This document shows, piece after piece, positions 28,356-37,888 of a DNA stretch of 49,514 bases; the stretch's first letter is position 1, and every line of letters starts with the position of its first letter. The notes beneath the pieces were generated by a model. That model was given only the letters and a program-made list of their open reading frames with translations. It had not been told where the DNA came from and searched no databases. A program made the position numbers and the translations under genes. The stretch is from Calditrichia bacterium. Its GTDB lineage: Bacteria; Calditrichota; Calditrichia; RBG-13-44-9; J075. Where the stretch lies: contig JBOEGD010000036.1 in NCBI GenBank assembly GCA_050633245.1, forward strand, positions 414 through 49,927, written 5' to 3'.

Positions 28356-30233
28356 TTAGTCGGAGATGCGCTGAGCTCTGAGTTTCTCGTAGAAACGTTT
28401 TGCAGGAGCGTTGTTCGGCGATACATCAAGAATTTGCTTTAGTTCTTTTTCCGCTGCCGAGTAGTTGCCGGTATCGTAAAGACAGCCAGCTAGAAAATAT
28501 TTGGCCTGAAGCCTTTGGTCCTTCGAAAGTCCATTTGTTTCTAATGCTTGTTGAAACGTTACTACAGCTTGTGCTTTATTGCCGGATTTACCCTGGATTT
28601 GAGCCAGCTCCATGAGAACTAGTCCGGGATTGGCCGGTTTGCGTTTTAATGCTTTTTCATAGTTTTGTGCAGAGCGTTTCCAATCCTTCAAGTCTTTGAA
28701 CAAGGCTCCCATTTTTTCGAATGGCACACTGCTTCCGGGAAAATAGAGATGAACGGCCAGATATTCATAAATAGCTTCTGAAAAACGCCTTTCCTGAATT
28801 AAGCTGTCAGCCATATCATAATGCGCTCGTTCCCAGTTTTGATGCGAAAAAATATATTCGCCTGCTATTCGCCGCGTTAAGTCCGTCTGGCGGGCAGGGT
28901 AGGTGGCAAAGCTTACCTGCTTGGTTGGAAAAGGCCAACGATGAATCATTTTATAGATTTTTAAATATCCGATTTCCCAATCCAATGGCGTTACAAAAGC
29001 GGGCTTTTGAGATGGCTTGAATCTTTCGTTGCCACCAGTAATCAAATCCTGGTTCTCAATTTCCTGAAAAAAACTTTTTGCCAAGATGTAATAACCCGTT
29101 GGGTTCGGGTGAAGATGATCACAGAACAGATCATTGCCTGGAAGCCGTGTGGGAGAAGCAGCAGCTTCAAACGCTTCGTTAATATCAGTAAACGGCACTT
29201 GTTTATCGGCGGCAAGCTCACGTATAAGCGCATTCGCATTACTTGCTGCGCGAAAGCGGATTGCATCGTAATCTCTGGCCTCCTTAAAATGAACTCCTGC
29301 AGCAAGCGTATCGCCAGAAGCAAGTGCCGACAGGGCCTTTGCATAGATTGTGGTTGCTTTCTCTCCGTCTAACGCATCGCCTAATGGAGGTTGATCAGTT
29401 AGATTGGAAGTCAGAGAGCTAAGGAAGATCGGCACGTTTCGCGCTTGACATAAATCGACGATTTGTGAAAGGTTATCCGTAAAATTCCGCATTGTAAGCT
29501 GGTACTTTGGTGAGTCTAATGCGATTGATTTATCTGCACTAACCTGTTCCATTAAACTTTTGTCTGTTGCCGGATGCTTCTCACCGGAAGATAGTTTGAG
29601 AATTGCAGCGCGCACCATTCCAACCAGGCGCAGCTTGCGTAATTTCAGGTAACTGCGAACAAACCATCCTTGCTGACCTACCGAAAACGTAGAGCCACTT
29701 CCGTATACACCATAGAACTCGTTGTGACCCATGTAAACAATCACTAAATCCGGTGATTTCTCCAAAACCTCAGGGACCAGATCTAAAACGGAGAAGCTGT
29801 TTATTGCGGAAAGTCCAAGGTTAATAACCTCGATGTCGCGATTGGGATAGCGCTGGGCCAGAAGAAAGCGCAACTGATGCGGGAATGGCACGTGTGCATC
29901 GAATGGAAAACCTGCTGTAGTTGAGCCACCAAGGCAAAAAACGCGAAAGGTTTTGCTTGTCTTCTCTTTTCTGAATTTTTCCGGATAAAGTGTGGGAATA
30001 GAAATCCTGGCAGCGTCGAAGTAACGCTCGGCTACGGTGGTATTCAATTGATAAACCGGCTCGCCGCCATAGCTGGTTTCCAAAAAAAGCGGTGCTTCAG
30101 CGAATAAACCAAGGAGCCGAAAAGTTAACTCTACAATCCCGAGCAGAATGAATGGGAATGCCAAAAGCATCAGCTTTGTTTTGCTTGTTAAGGGGAGCGT
30201 TTTTTCGGGCTGGGAGTTTTTTTGCGGCTTCAT
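28356..30233 (-). CDS. Membrane-anchored SGNH/GDSL hydrolase-like protein with C-terminal TPR repeats
   Basis: N-terminal TM; 'FCLGGSTTAG', 'VINLG', 'YMGHNE', 'DHLHPN'; TPR-like helices at the C-terminus. Confidence 0.85.
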   Translation of the reverse strand: MKPQKNSQPEKTLPLTSKTKLMLLAFPFILLGIVELTFRLLGLFAEAPLFLETSYGGEPVYQLNTTVAERYFDAARISIPTLYPEKFRKEKTSKTFRVFCLGGSTTAGFPFDAHVPFPHQLRFLLAQRYPNRDIEVINLGLSAINSFSVLDLVPEVLEKSPDLVIVYMGHNEFYGVYGSGSTFSVGQQGWFVRSYLKLRKLRLVGMVRAAILKLSSGEKHPATDKSLMEQVSADKSIALDSPKYQLTMRNFTDNLSQIVDLCQARNVPIFLSSLTSNLTDQPPLGDALDGEKATTIYAKALSALASGDTLAAGVHFKEARDYDAIRFRAASNANALIRELAADKQVPFTDINEAFEAAASPTRLPGNDLFCDHLHPNPTGYYILAKSFFQEIENQDLITGGNERFKPSQKPAFVTPLDWEIGYLKIYKMIHRWPFPTKQVSFATYPARQTDLTRRIAGEYIFSHQNWERAHYDMADSLIQERRFSEAIYEYLAVHLYFPGSSVPFEKMGALFKDLKDWKRSAQNYEKALKRKPANPGLVLMELAQIQGKSGNKAQAVVTFQQALETNGLSKDQRLQAKYFLAGCLYDTGNYSAAEKELKQILDVSPNNAPAKRFYEKLRAQRISD

Positions 30234-30403
30234 TACGTAATATACACCAGCTTCTTTATATCGCGAAGCGAATTGTTCAGCTCAATCTCTCGTAAATATG
30301 AACCTACAGCAAGACCAGTTATTGAATTCGTTGATGATGGGAGCATTAGAATCGCTCCCTGGGTAATCCGGCTTCTAATGCTCATGTTCGATCCCGTTCA
30401 ATG

Positions 30404-32431
30404 CTATTTCAGAAGAATGAGCTTCTTGGTTTGATTGAACAACGAGAATTGCCCATCTCGTGCTTCAATAGAATAGTAATAGACGCCGCTGCTTACCGGT
30501 CGACCGTTATCGTCTCTTCCATTCCACTCAACATTCTGTTTACCGGATGTCTTTTTCTCGCTTACCAATTCGCGAATAACACGGCCCTGAGTGTCTACAA
30601 TTTTCAGCTGAACATCTGCCGCTTTTGGCAGGGTATAACTAATCGTCGTCGTCGGATTAAAGGGGTTAGGATAGTTTTGGTCCAGCTGAAAATCATCCAC
30701 TATATTTCCTTCATCATCAATTCCGGTAGCAACTAATAGAAAGGACATCTGATTGAAGTTGAATCCACCGCTGGTCACAAAAAGCGTTATTTCACGCGTC
30801 CCAGCCTGTAGCTCCAGGTTATTCATTTCGAATGTTTGCCAGTTTTGCCAACCGCCGGTAGCTGGAATAGATAACTCCTGGGGTTGAAACTGCCCGTCAA
30901 CTAAAATTCTCAGCTTGCCACCACCCGGATCACTTGCCATGCGAAAGCCAACCAGATAAATGCCACTTGTTTGAACGTTAACGGTGTAGCTCAAGCGCTC
31001 ACCGGTTTCTATCCAACCAACATTATAAGCGTAACCTTGAGTATCCTGCGAAGGCTCGATGTCTACACCGTCATTACGATAGCTCCAGCCATTGTTCCAC
31101 GAACCGTTTCCAGTGTTTTTGTAATCGATATCGAAGAAGGCAAGTCCCTGATGCCCAAAGTCATAATGAGCTGCTTCGATAGTGCCCGGAATCTGGTGAT
31201 TCTCAAAAGGAAGCGTAACAAACGGGAAGTCGGGATCGAACATTGCACGCAGAAGGCCGGGCAAGGGGGTACAGTTTTCAAGCTTCAAGGACTCTGCCAT
31301 ACCATAAAGCGCATCACGTGCAAAGCTCTGAGAGGGACGACCGGCTGTTCCGGCCCAGAAATCCCGCACTGTTTGATATCCTGCAGGTGGCGTTGCAGAC
31401 ATTGGACTGGTAATGGTACCAATCTTTTTGTTTGTCCACCAGCACCAGCCAATGTTATTGACTTCAAACATGTGTATTGCTTCGTAGAACCAGCCATTCG
31501 AGTTCTCGCCGGATTCACCCATCCAAAGCGGAACGTCGTATGCTGACCTTAGATCAAGAAGATATTGAATGGTGTTTACAGTTGTAGCGCTCCAGTATTT
31601 GTGAAAACTGTAAACCATATTGTCATCCCAGGGAGGAAAGAGCAGGTCGAAGTTCGTTGCGTAAAAGTTACCCTCAACGATAATTATATGGTTGGTATCA
31701 ACGCTGCGTATCGAGTCGGTTATTTGGATATAAAGATCGCGAAGCGCTGCATTGGTAATGCCGGGGGGTAACACCGGCTCGTTAATCAGATCGTATCCGA
31801 TAATGCGGGTTTCGTTCACATAGCGGGTGGCGATCTCTTTCCAAATTTTAACTGTCAAAGCTTTATTGGCCGGATCGGTCCAGAGCCGGGCCAGTATACC
31901 GTCACCATCGGCGATATTATCTTTGGATTGTCCGCCGGGCGCGCAGTGCATGTCCAGAATGACGTCTAGATTGTTGTCGTCGCACCAGGTAATGAGTGAA
32001 TCAAAGATGGCGAAGCCTTCTTCTTTATATTGCTCGGTAACCGGATCATAGATCGTTTTATAATGAAACGGCAGGCGAACGTGGTTGAAGCCCCACTGAG
32101 CCAACGCCTCAATGTCGTTTCGATTGACGTAGTTTGCCTCGTAGCGGCGATAAAACTCATCGGCATCCTGCTGCCCTATCAAATCGACGATTTGTGCTTC
32201 TATCGAACTGGGAGAGCCAAAACCGGGAATATTTAGCATATAGCCTTCTGGCACCAGCCAGCCACCGAGGCCCATTCCGCGCAGTAGAACCTCATTGCCC
32301 TGCCCGTCTACAATCTTTTGGCCCTCTGCCTTAAAGAAACCAGTGCCTTGAGCCAGTAAAGCCCCGGTTGTTGCAAAAAGCCAGATAGAAATTATCAGAA
32401 GAATACGTGATAAGCTGATGATCTGCTTCAT
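30404..32431 (-). CDS. T9SS-secreted GH5 endoglucanase-like enzyme with CBM6-like module
   Basis: 'LRGMGLGGWLVPEGYM', 'LDMHCAPGGQ', acid/base 'YDLINEP', 'YSFHKYW', nucleophile 'WMGESGEN'; CBM6 'NVGWIETGE.L.Y...TGGWQNW'; CTD 'QNYPNPFNP...WNGRDDNG..VSSGVY'. Confidence 0.92.
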   Translation of the reverse strand: MKQIISLSRILLIISIWLFATTGALLAQGTGFFKAEGQKIVDGQGNEVLLRGMGLGGWLVPEGYMLNIPGFGSPSSIEAQIVDLIGQQDADEFYRRYEANYVNRNDIEALAQWGFNHVRLPFHYKTIYDPVTEQYKEEGFAIFDSLITWCDDNNLDVILDMHCAPGGQSKDNIADGDGILARLWTDPANKALTVKIWKEIATRYVNETRIIGYDLINEPVLPPGITNAALRDLYIQITDSIRSVDTNHIIIVEGNFYATNFDLLFPPWDDNMVYSFHKYWSATTVNTIQYLLDLRSAYDVPLWMGESGENSNGWFYEAIHMFEVNNIGWCWWTNKKIGTITSPMSATPPAGYQTVRDFWAGTAGRPSQSFARDALYGMAESLKLENCTPLPGLLRAMFDPDFPFVTLPFENHQIPGTIEAAHYDFGHQGLAFFDIDYKNTGNGSWNNGWSYRNDGVDIEPSQDTQGYAYNVGWIETGERLSYTVNVQTSGIYLVGFRMASDPGGGKLRILVDGQFQPQELSIPATGGWQNWQTFEMNNLELQAGTREITLFVTSGGFNFNQMSFLLVATGIDDEGNIVDDFQLDQNYPNPFNPTTTISYTLPKAADVQLKIVDTQGRVIRELVSEKKTSGKQNVEWNGRDDNGRPVSSGVYYYSIEARDGQFSLFNQTKKLILLK

Positions 32432-32574
32432 AAAAACCTCGTGGTTGTGCGCTGCTTCTTCTTTATCTGATAACCAGATAGAATCATCAGTTAAATTAAC
32501 CGACTTTGCAAAAAAAATCTAGAAAAAAGCGTCCAGGTGAGTCAAGACTATTATTCGTCATATCACGAAACAAC

Positions 32575-32589
32575 ACATAAATTGTGCCA
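32575..32589 (-). promoter_or_regulatory. Putative sigma-54 promoter TGGCACAATTTATGT upstream of GH5
   Basis: TGGCAC -24 box; the -12 'TATGT' is identical to that of the 28165-28179 site. Confidence 0.75.
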
Positions 32590-32749
32590 ATTTTATCGTT
32601 CATAAAGCGTTTTTTCATGAATGTGATTTAGGTTGGCTTAACGTCCTGTTATTTAATGTTTAAAGGTGATTTCTTGAAGTCGTGTATTTGAGGGAATTCT
32701 GAGTTAGAGGCGTACTGAGTAGAAATTTTTGGAAAGCTCAAACAGCAAC

Positions 32750-32786
32750 TTATTAAATTGATAAGAGGCACTTATTATTTCGATAA
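32750..32786. promoter_or_regulatory. Tandem palindromic enhancer sites (TTATTAAATTGATAA, TTATTATTTCGATAA)
   Basis: Two palindromes 22 bp apart; the first is the exact reverse complement of the site at 28274-28288. Confidence 0.78.
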
Positions 32787-32794
32787 GTAAAAGA

Positions 32795-34234
32795 CTACTT
32801 CAGGCCAAGTTCCTTGCACATACGATGATAGTTTGGCGGAGCCAGTCCAAGTTTGCGCGCGGCTTCTGCATCAGATGTGGTGTGGCTGCGAACAAAATCG
32901 AAATACTGTTCTCGAAATTCGCGCTCTACCTCGCGTAGTGGCCTGATATCATTTGGATCCCACATTGCGGTTTCGCTCGCTTCTTCATCCAGCGGCATTT
33001 TCAGGGCATTTGAAGCAACCGTCGCGTTAATGGCAGTAGCTCCTGTGAAGAGCAGGCGTTGCACAACATTCTGTAATTGTCTCACATTGCCTGGCCAGCT
33101 ATGAGAAACCAAAACCTGCATCGCCTCGTTACTGATGGATAGGGTAGGGCGGTTCATCTCAGCGCTGTACTGATTTGAGAAATGCTCTATAAGTCGGGGA
33201 ATGTCTTCCAGCCGATCCTTTAATGGCGGAACAATAATGGACACCACGTTTAGCCGGTAATACAAGTCTTCGCGAAAGCGCTTTTGTCGAACTTCTTCCT
33301 CGAGGTTCTTATTCGTGGCTGCAATAATACGCACATCCACCTTGACAGGACCGGTGCGACCAATTTTATCGATTTCACCTTCCTGGATCACACGCAGTAG
33401 CTTTACCTGAGAAGAAAGCGGGAGCTCGGCAATTTCATCAAGAAAAATTGTTCCGCCGTTTGCTATCTCAAACAAACCGGCTTTTTTGTTAAGGGCACCG
33501 GTAAAAGCACCTTTTTCGAAGCCAAATAGTTCACTCTCGATAAGATCGCCGGGAAGGGAACCGCAGTTAATCGCGACGAACTTTTCCAGCCTGCGCGGGT
33601 GGTTGTAATGAATATTTGCAGCAACGAGTTCTTTTCCGGTACCAGAGGCGCCGCGAATGAGCACTGTTGTGTCGGCTGTTGCAGATTGCGCAATTTGCTC
33701 ACGCAGGATTTGAATTGGAAGCGATTCCCCGATAATCTTCTTTCTTTCGAGCGTCTCAGCCACCGAATCGGTAAGGCGTTTATCAGAGGAGCGTCGCGCT
33801 TTTTCCAGACGCCTTTTTTCATATGCGTTGAAGATGCTGAGAATAAAGTCGGTGGGCTGATAGATATAGTCTTCAATATCGCCGGGGTACTTGGTGCAGT
33901 ACCACATAGCACCCGCCTCCAGGAGACGATTGGCGAACTCAAAATCTGTAATGTTCGTGGTCATTTTTGTGATTACAATAATCTGAATTATCGGATCAAT
34001 TTCCTTCATCTTTCGAATGAGTGCCTCGCCCGAAATTCCACCGGCAATTTGATAGTCCATAATTGCCACATCAAAGTTGGATTTACTTTCAAGAAGTCGA
34101 ATCGCGTCGTGTCCATTCGAAACAACATCTTCAAGAATAAGCTGATCATCCAACAGTTTAATCGTTTGGCGAACGCGCCGTACATCGTAGGCCTCATCCT
34201 CAATCAGCATGATTTTAATCTTGCGTTTCTTCAT
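32795..34234 (-). CDS. NtrC-family sigma-54-dependent response regulator
   Basis: REC 'LIEDE...AIMDY'; AAA+ 'GASGTGKELVA', 'ESELFGFEKGAFTGA', 'FLDEI', 'FREDLYYRLNV', 'WPGNVRQL'; C-terminal HTH. Confidence 0.96.
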   Translation of the reverse strand: MKKRKIKIMLIEDEAYDVRRVRQTIKLLDDQLILEDVVSNGHDAIRLLESKSNFDVAIMDYQIAGGISGEALIRKMKEIDPIIQIIVITKMTTNITDFEFANRLLEAGAMWYCTKYPGDIEDYIYQPTDFILSIFNAYEKRRLEKARRSSDKRLTDSVAETLERKKIIGESLPIQILREQIAQSATADTTVLIRGASGTGKELVAANIHYNHPRRLEKFVAINCGSLPGDLIESELFGFEKGAFTGALNKKAGLFEIANGGTIFLDEIAELPLSSQVKLLRVIQEGEIDKIGRTGPVKVDVRIIAATNKNLEEEVRQKRFREDLYYRLNVVSIIVPPLKDRLEDIPRLIEHFSNQYSAEMNRPTLSISNEAMQVLVSHSWPGNVRQLQNVVQRLLFTGATAINATVASNALKMPLDEEASETAMWDPNDIRPLREVEREFREQYFDFVRSHTTSDAEAARKLGLAPPNYHRMCKELGLK

Positions 34235-34236
34235 AT

Positions 34237-35784
34237 CTAAACTTTCGAATGTTGAACCGTGATTTTTATGCAGCTTCCGCCATCTGGTGGATTTTCGGCA
34301 TCAATTGTCCAACCACAGCGCTTTGAAATTTCATAGGCCAGATAGCAACCATAGCCGGAGTTCCTACTGTCGGTCTTTGTAGAAATATTTTCTAAAAAGA
34401 GTCGTTTTACACCATTGGTATTTGTTTGAAGCAGTTCTTCCGGAAAACCGTTGCCATTATCGTAGATAAAAATATGAATGATTCCCGACTCCTGCAAATA
34501 CTCTGTGCGGAGCGTGACAATAATCGCCGCATCGTTTGAATGCTCGATGCTGTTCTGCATAAGTGGTTCTAAAACTTCCCAGACTACGAACTCATTTACA
34601 GAAACGGTTGGGAGCTTGTCGTCCAGATTAAGTTTGAACTCGCAGCCGTGCTGCTCGGCGGTTCGAAGAAAAATTTGGTCTACAATAAAGCGAATCACTT
34701 CGTTTAAATCGGTTTTGAATATGGGATTGCGTATTGTTTGCAGTGGCGGATCGTACCATTTCATATCGTAAATGACGCGCGAAATAAAATTTGCATAGCG
34801 AGTGACGCGAAACTTAATGTCTTCTATGTTTGGCACTACGAGGTTTCGCAAGTCTTCCTTGATGAATCCCATTACTTTTTCTGCTTTGTGGTGTGTATGA
34901 TAAATACGTTTTGTAAACAAGCTTTCTTTTTGGTGATGAATGGCATCGCGAAGCAGAGTTTCACGTTCCTCGAAGAGTTCTTCCCTTGCCTCATCGCGTT
35001 CTTTCACCGTATAGGAAGAAATAAAAAATACGGCGAGTAAGCCAAACAGAATAAGTGATGCGAAAATGAGTGCTGTTTCATCGAAGTTCGAGATGATTTC
35101 TCTGGTAATAAAACCAAAGTCCGGAGTGTTCTGCACATACACTGCGCCAACGAGCTCGCCCTGTGGAACAAACGGTACAAATACATGAAATGTACTTCTG
35201 CCTTCGCGAATGCTGCGAATTTCTTCTGCCTGGCGAAATCCGGTCTTGATTTCTTTGAAGAGTTTTATTGCGTGAGCATAGCCTGAGTTTTCCCGGCTTG
35301 TATCCTTTATGTCTTCAAAGAAATAGTTGAAGAGAACCATGCCGTCGTCAATAACAATAACGCGATTATCATCATGAATCAGAATGGCAACCTGATCGAC
35401 ATTCTGCTGTAAAACCTGTTGACTCAAAATAATGTTAAATGCACGAACCACACGTTCCGCGGCCTGCTTGTCATTTATTGCGTCCTGACTGGCGGTTTCA
35501 AAGAGCAGTTCCAGTGATGTTGCGGTAAGATTGGCGAGCCGCTCCGCAGAATCCTGCTGATACCATTCCTGCGTTTTTAGCAAAAGGTTCTGAAGAGAAG
35601 CCTTTTGCAAATAGGAAATGGACAGGAGGAAACTGATAAGAAGAAAGAAAATGATAATAAGGTGTTTGAACTGGAAGTTGTAATTTTGATTCTTCTTTGA
35701 GATGGGCGCGCGTATCTGATTTGGCATATTTTGTCTGGTAGTGGATTGCCCGCCTGGCATTTTAGATTCCATCTTCTTATCCAC
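34237..35784 (-). CDS. Membrane sensor histidine kinase with atypical H-box
   Basis: Two TM segments around a periplasmic domain; HATPase 'EPLMQNSIEH', 'DNGNGF', 'STK...SGYGC'; probable H-box 'IYHTHHKAEK'. Confidence 0.85.
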   Translation of the reverse strand: MDKKMESKMPGGQSTTRQNMPNQIRAPISKKNQNYNFQFKHLIIIFFLLISFLLSISYLQKASLQNLLLKTQEWYQQDSAERLANLTATSLELLFETASQDAINDKQAAERVVRAFNIILSQQVLQQNVDQVAILIHDDNRVIVIDDGMVLFNYFFEDIKDTSRENSGYAHAIKLFKEIKTGFRQAEEIRSIREGRSTFHVFVPFVPQGELVGAVYVQNTPDFGFITREIISNFDETALIFASLILFGLLAVFFISSYTVKERDEAREELFEERETLLRDAIHHQKESLFTKRIYHTHHKAEKVMGFIKEDLRNLVVPNIEDIKFRVTRYANFISRVIYDMKWYDPPLQTIRNPIFKTDLNEVIRFIVDQIFLRTAEQHGCEFKLNLDDKLPTVSVNEFVVWEVLEPLMQNSIEHSNDAAIIVTLRTEYLQESGIIHIFIYDNGNGFPEELLQTNTNGVKRLFLENISTKTDSRNSGYGCYLAYEISKRCGWTIDAENPPDGGSCIKITVQHSKV

Positions 35785-35787
35785 CCT

Positions 35788-37107
35788 TTAGTTCACCATA
35801 ACTTTTTTGGAATTTATTTGTCGCGTTGCCTTCTTCAAAGCGTCACGAACTGTCATACGCTTCTTTAGAGCCTGGTTTAGGTAATACGAAAGGATATCCG
35901 AAATCTGAGTATAATTCTCTTTAGCCGGGCGATGAAACCCTCTGCTAAGAATCTGTTTATATTCCATTAGAGAGGGATTGTCTTTAAGAAACTGAGTATC
36001 CTGATAACAAAGTTTGTTGATAGGTATATAGCCACCATTTTCAAAAAGAATCCGCTGGTTTTCAGGTCGTTGAATAAAGCGTAAAAACTCCACTGCTTGT
36101 GGAATGTTTTTAGAATAACGTGAAATCATCAGGTTCCAACCGCCAAAAACCGATTTGGGTATGCTGCCTGCAAAATGAGGTAATAACGTTTTCTTAATAT
36201 TCAAATACTTCCCGTCGACCAAGTCCATTTGCTCCAGGAAACCAGGCCAGCCACGAAAGAAAATAGCATCTTCTTCAATGGCATGATTGTAGACTTGGAT
36301 CTCATCATAATTGATCACCTCAGCTGGTGTTATCTGATGGCCATTTATTAAATCGCTAAGCAGCTTCAGACTCCGATAGGCATAAGGGGTATTTAAATTT
36401 ACTGAATCGCCCTCAATAATGCTGCCGCCCTGACTGCCAACCAGCTCGATAAAGCTACAAACAAGACCCTCATACGCCTTCCCTGGAAACAAGTAGATCG
36501 GGGAGTTTGAGGGAACATGTGATTTTAGAGAAATCAGCTTCTCCCAGGTAATCGACTCTGCCATTTGCTTTCTAATTTCAGCAGAATTGGGCAGCTTCTC
36601 AATAAGGTCGTCGCGATAATACATGAGCCCGATATCTATATACATCGGCAGGGCAACCAGACTGCTGTCAAAATAGCAAGATTCCAAAGCGGATGGGAGA
36701 AGAGTTTCACGATAAGACTGTGAAAAGTAACTATCGAGGTTTTCCGCCCAGCGCGCAAAGCGTGAAACCCATATCAAGTCGACTGCGAAGATATCCAAGC
36801 GATCACTTTTTCCGCGGAGGGATCGTGCTAAAAGTTCCTTTCGTTCGTTGGTGCTGAACTTCTCGAAAGGAAGATCTACTCCAACTACCTCAATTCTACC
36901 TGAATGTTCTGCATTGAATTTATCTATTAAAATTTGGTGCGCGCGCGATATGTTGTCGGCCATATAAATTTGCGTTACCCCATCCGAGAGGGCGGAATTG
37001 GGGTTTGTGCGAAAGAAAAATATCATGATTAGCGTGGCTAAAATTGTTGCAATGCCCGTAATCAGGATAAATGCCCACTTCGATAGTGATTTTTTTGTTG
37101 GTTCCAC
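35788..37107 (-). CDS. Membrane-anchored sugar-type extracellular solute-binding protein (family 1)
   Basis: N-terminal TM; 'LIDKFNAEH', 'DIFAVDLIWV..FA', 'LVALP...D.GLMYYR.DL', 'YEGLVC', 'FGGWNL.IS..S'. Confidence 0.88.
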   Translation of the reverse strand: MEPTKKSLSKWAFILITGIATILATLIMIFFFRTNPNSALSDGVTQIYMADNISRAHQILIDKFNAEHSGRIEVVGVDLPFEKFSTNERKELLARSLRGKSDRLDIFAVDLIWVSRFARWAENLDSYFSQSYRETLLPSALESCYFDSSLVALPMYIDIGLMYYRDDLIEKLPNSAEIRKQMAESITWEKLISLKSHVPSNSPIYLFPGKAYEGLVCSFIELVGSQGGSIIEGDSVNLNTPYAYRSLKLLSDLINGHQITPAEVINYDEIQVYNHAIEEDAIFFRGWPGFLEQMDLVDGKYLNIKKTLLPHFAGSIPKSVFGGWNLMISRYSKNIPQAVEFLRFIQRPENQRILFENGGYIPINKLCYQDTQFLKDNPSLMEYKQILSRGFHRPAKENYTQISDILSYYLNQALKKRMTVRDALKKATRQINSKKVMVN

Positions 37108-37271
37108 GCCATACCTATCATCCGTTTATTATCTTGAAATCTATACAATTGATAGATCAAAACCAAAATGCCACTTGTCGTTGTAAAAATACTCTAAGGT
37201 TGGTAATCTATTGAAAGTATTGTATTTTTAGCCTTCCAAATTTTGTGCAACACCACAACTGCAGGTTTAGA

Positions 37272-37769
37272 ATGAAGACTCTTTATTTAATCCGTCACGC
37301 GAAATCCAGCTGGAAGAATGAGAAGTTAAGTGATTTCGACCGCCCTTTAAATAATCGTGGCCTTAGAGATGCTCCTTTTATGGGACAACGTCTGGCTAAC
37401 TATAGAGTTTCCCCCGGTATTATTCTCTCCAGCCCGGCAATGAGGGCGATAGAAACAGCAACAACGATTGCTTCTGAAGTTGGGTATCCTAAAGATGCGA
37501 TTCAACGGATTACTTCGCTATATCTAGCCAGTCTGAATACGCTTTTAGAGACGGTGAATGAAATCGATGATAAACATGAAAGCGCGTTTATTTTTGGACA
37601 TAATCCGGGAATGACGATGTTTGCCAACTTTCTAACGACCTATGCGATAGACAATGTGCCGACATGTGGTGTTGTGTGTGTGCTTTTTGAGGTTGATTCC
37701 TGGAAAGATGTTGCAGAAAATCGCGGATCGTTAAGCTTTTTCGATTATCCGCGCCGCCATCTGATATAA
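37272..37769 (+). CDS. sixA: SixA-family phosphohistidine phosphatase
   Basis: 'LIRHAKS', 'DFDRPLN.RG', 'SSPA.RA.ETA', 'GHNPG'; likely start ATG 37272. Confidence 0.88.
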   Translation: MKTLYLIRHAKSSWKNEKLSDFDRPLNNRGLRDAPFMGQRLANYRVSPGIILSSPAMRAIETATTIASEVGYPKDAIQRITSLYLASLNTLLETVNEIDDKHESAFIFGHNPGMTMFANFLTTYAIDNVPTCGVVCVLFEVDSWKDVAENRGSLSFFDYPRRHLI

Positions 37770-37832
37770 AGCTGCAGGCTTTTTCCGCAGATAGTGTCTG
37801 CAGCTTTATTGTGATCCCGTTTTACCGGGATC
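37766..37832. terminator. Stem-loops between convergent sixA and M1 peptidase genes
   Basis: ATAAAGCTGCAG...CTGCAGCTTTAT and GATCCCG...CGGGATC. Confidence 0.55.
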
Positions 37833-37888
37833 TTTATCGCTGGCAAGTTTGTGAAACCGCTTTTCAAGATTGTGCCGGCTAGTATCCC

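Noticed and set aside
33599-34240. 213-aa plus-strand ORF and the many other short overlapping ORFs in the track
   Set aside because: They are antisense or out-of-frame shadows of well-supported genes and have no recognisable motifs.
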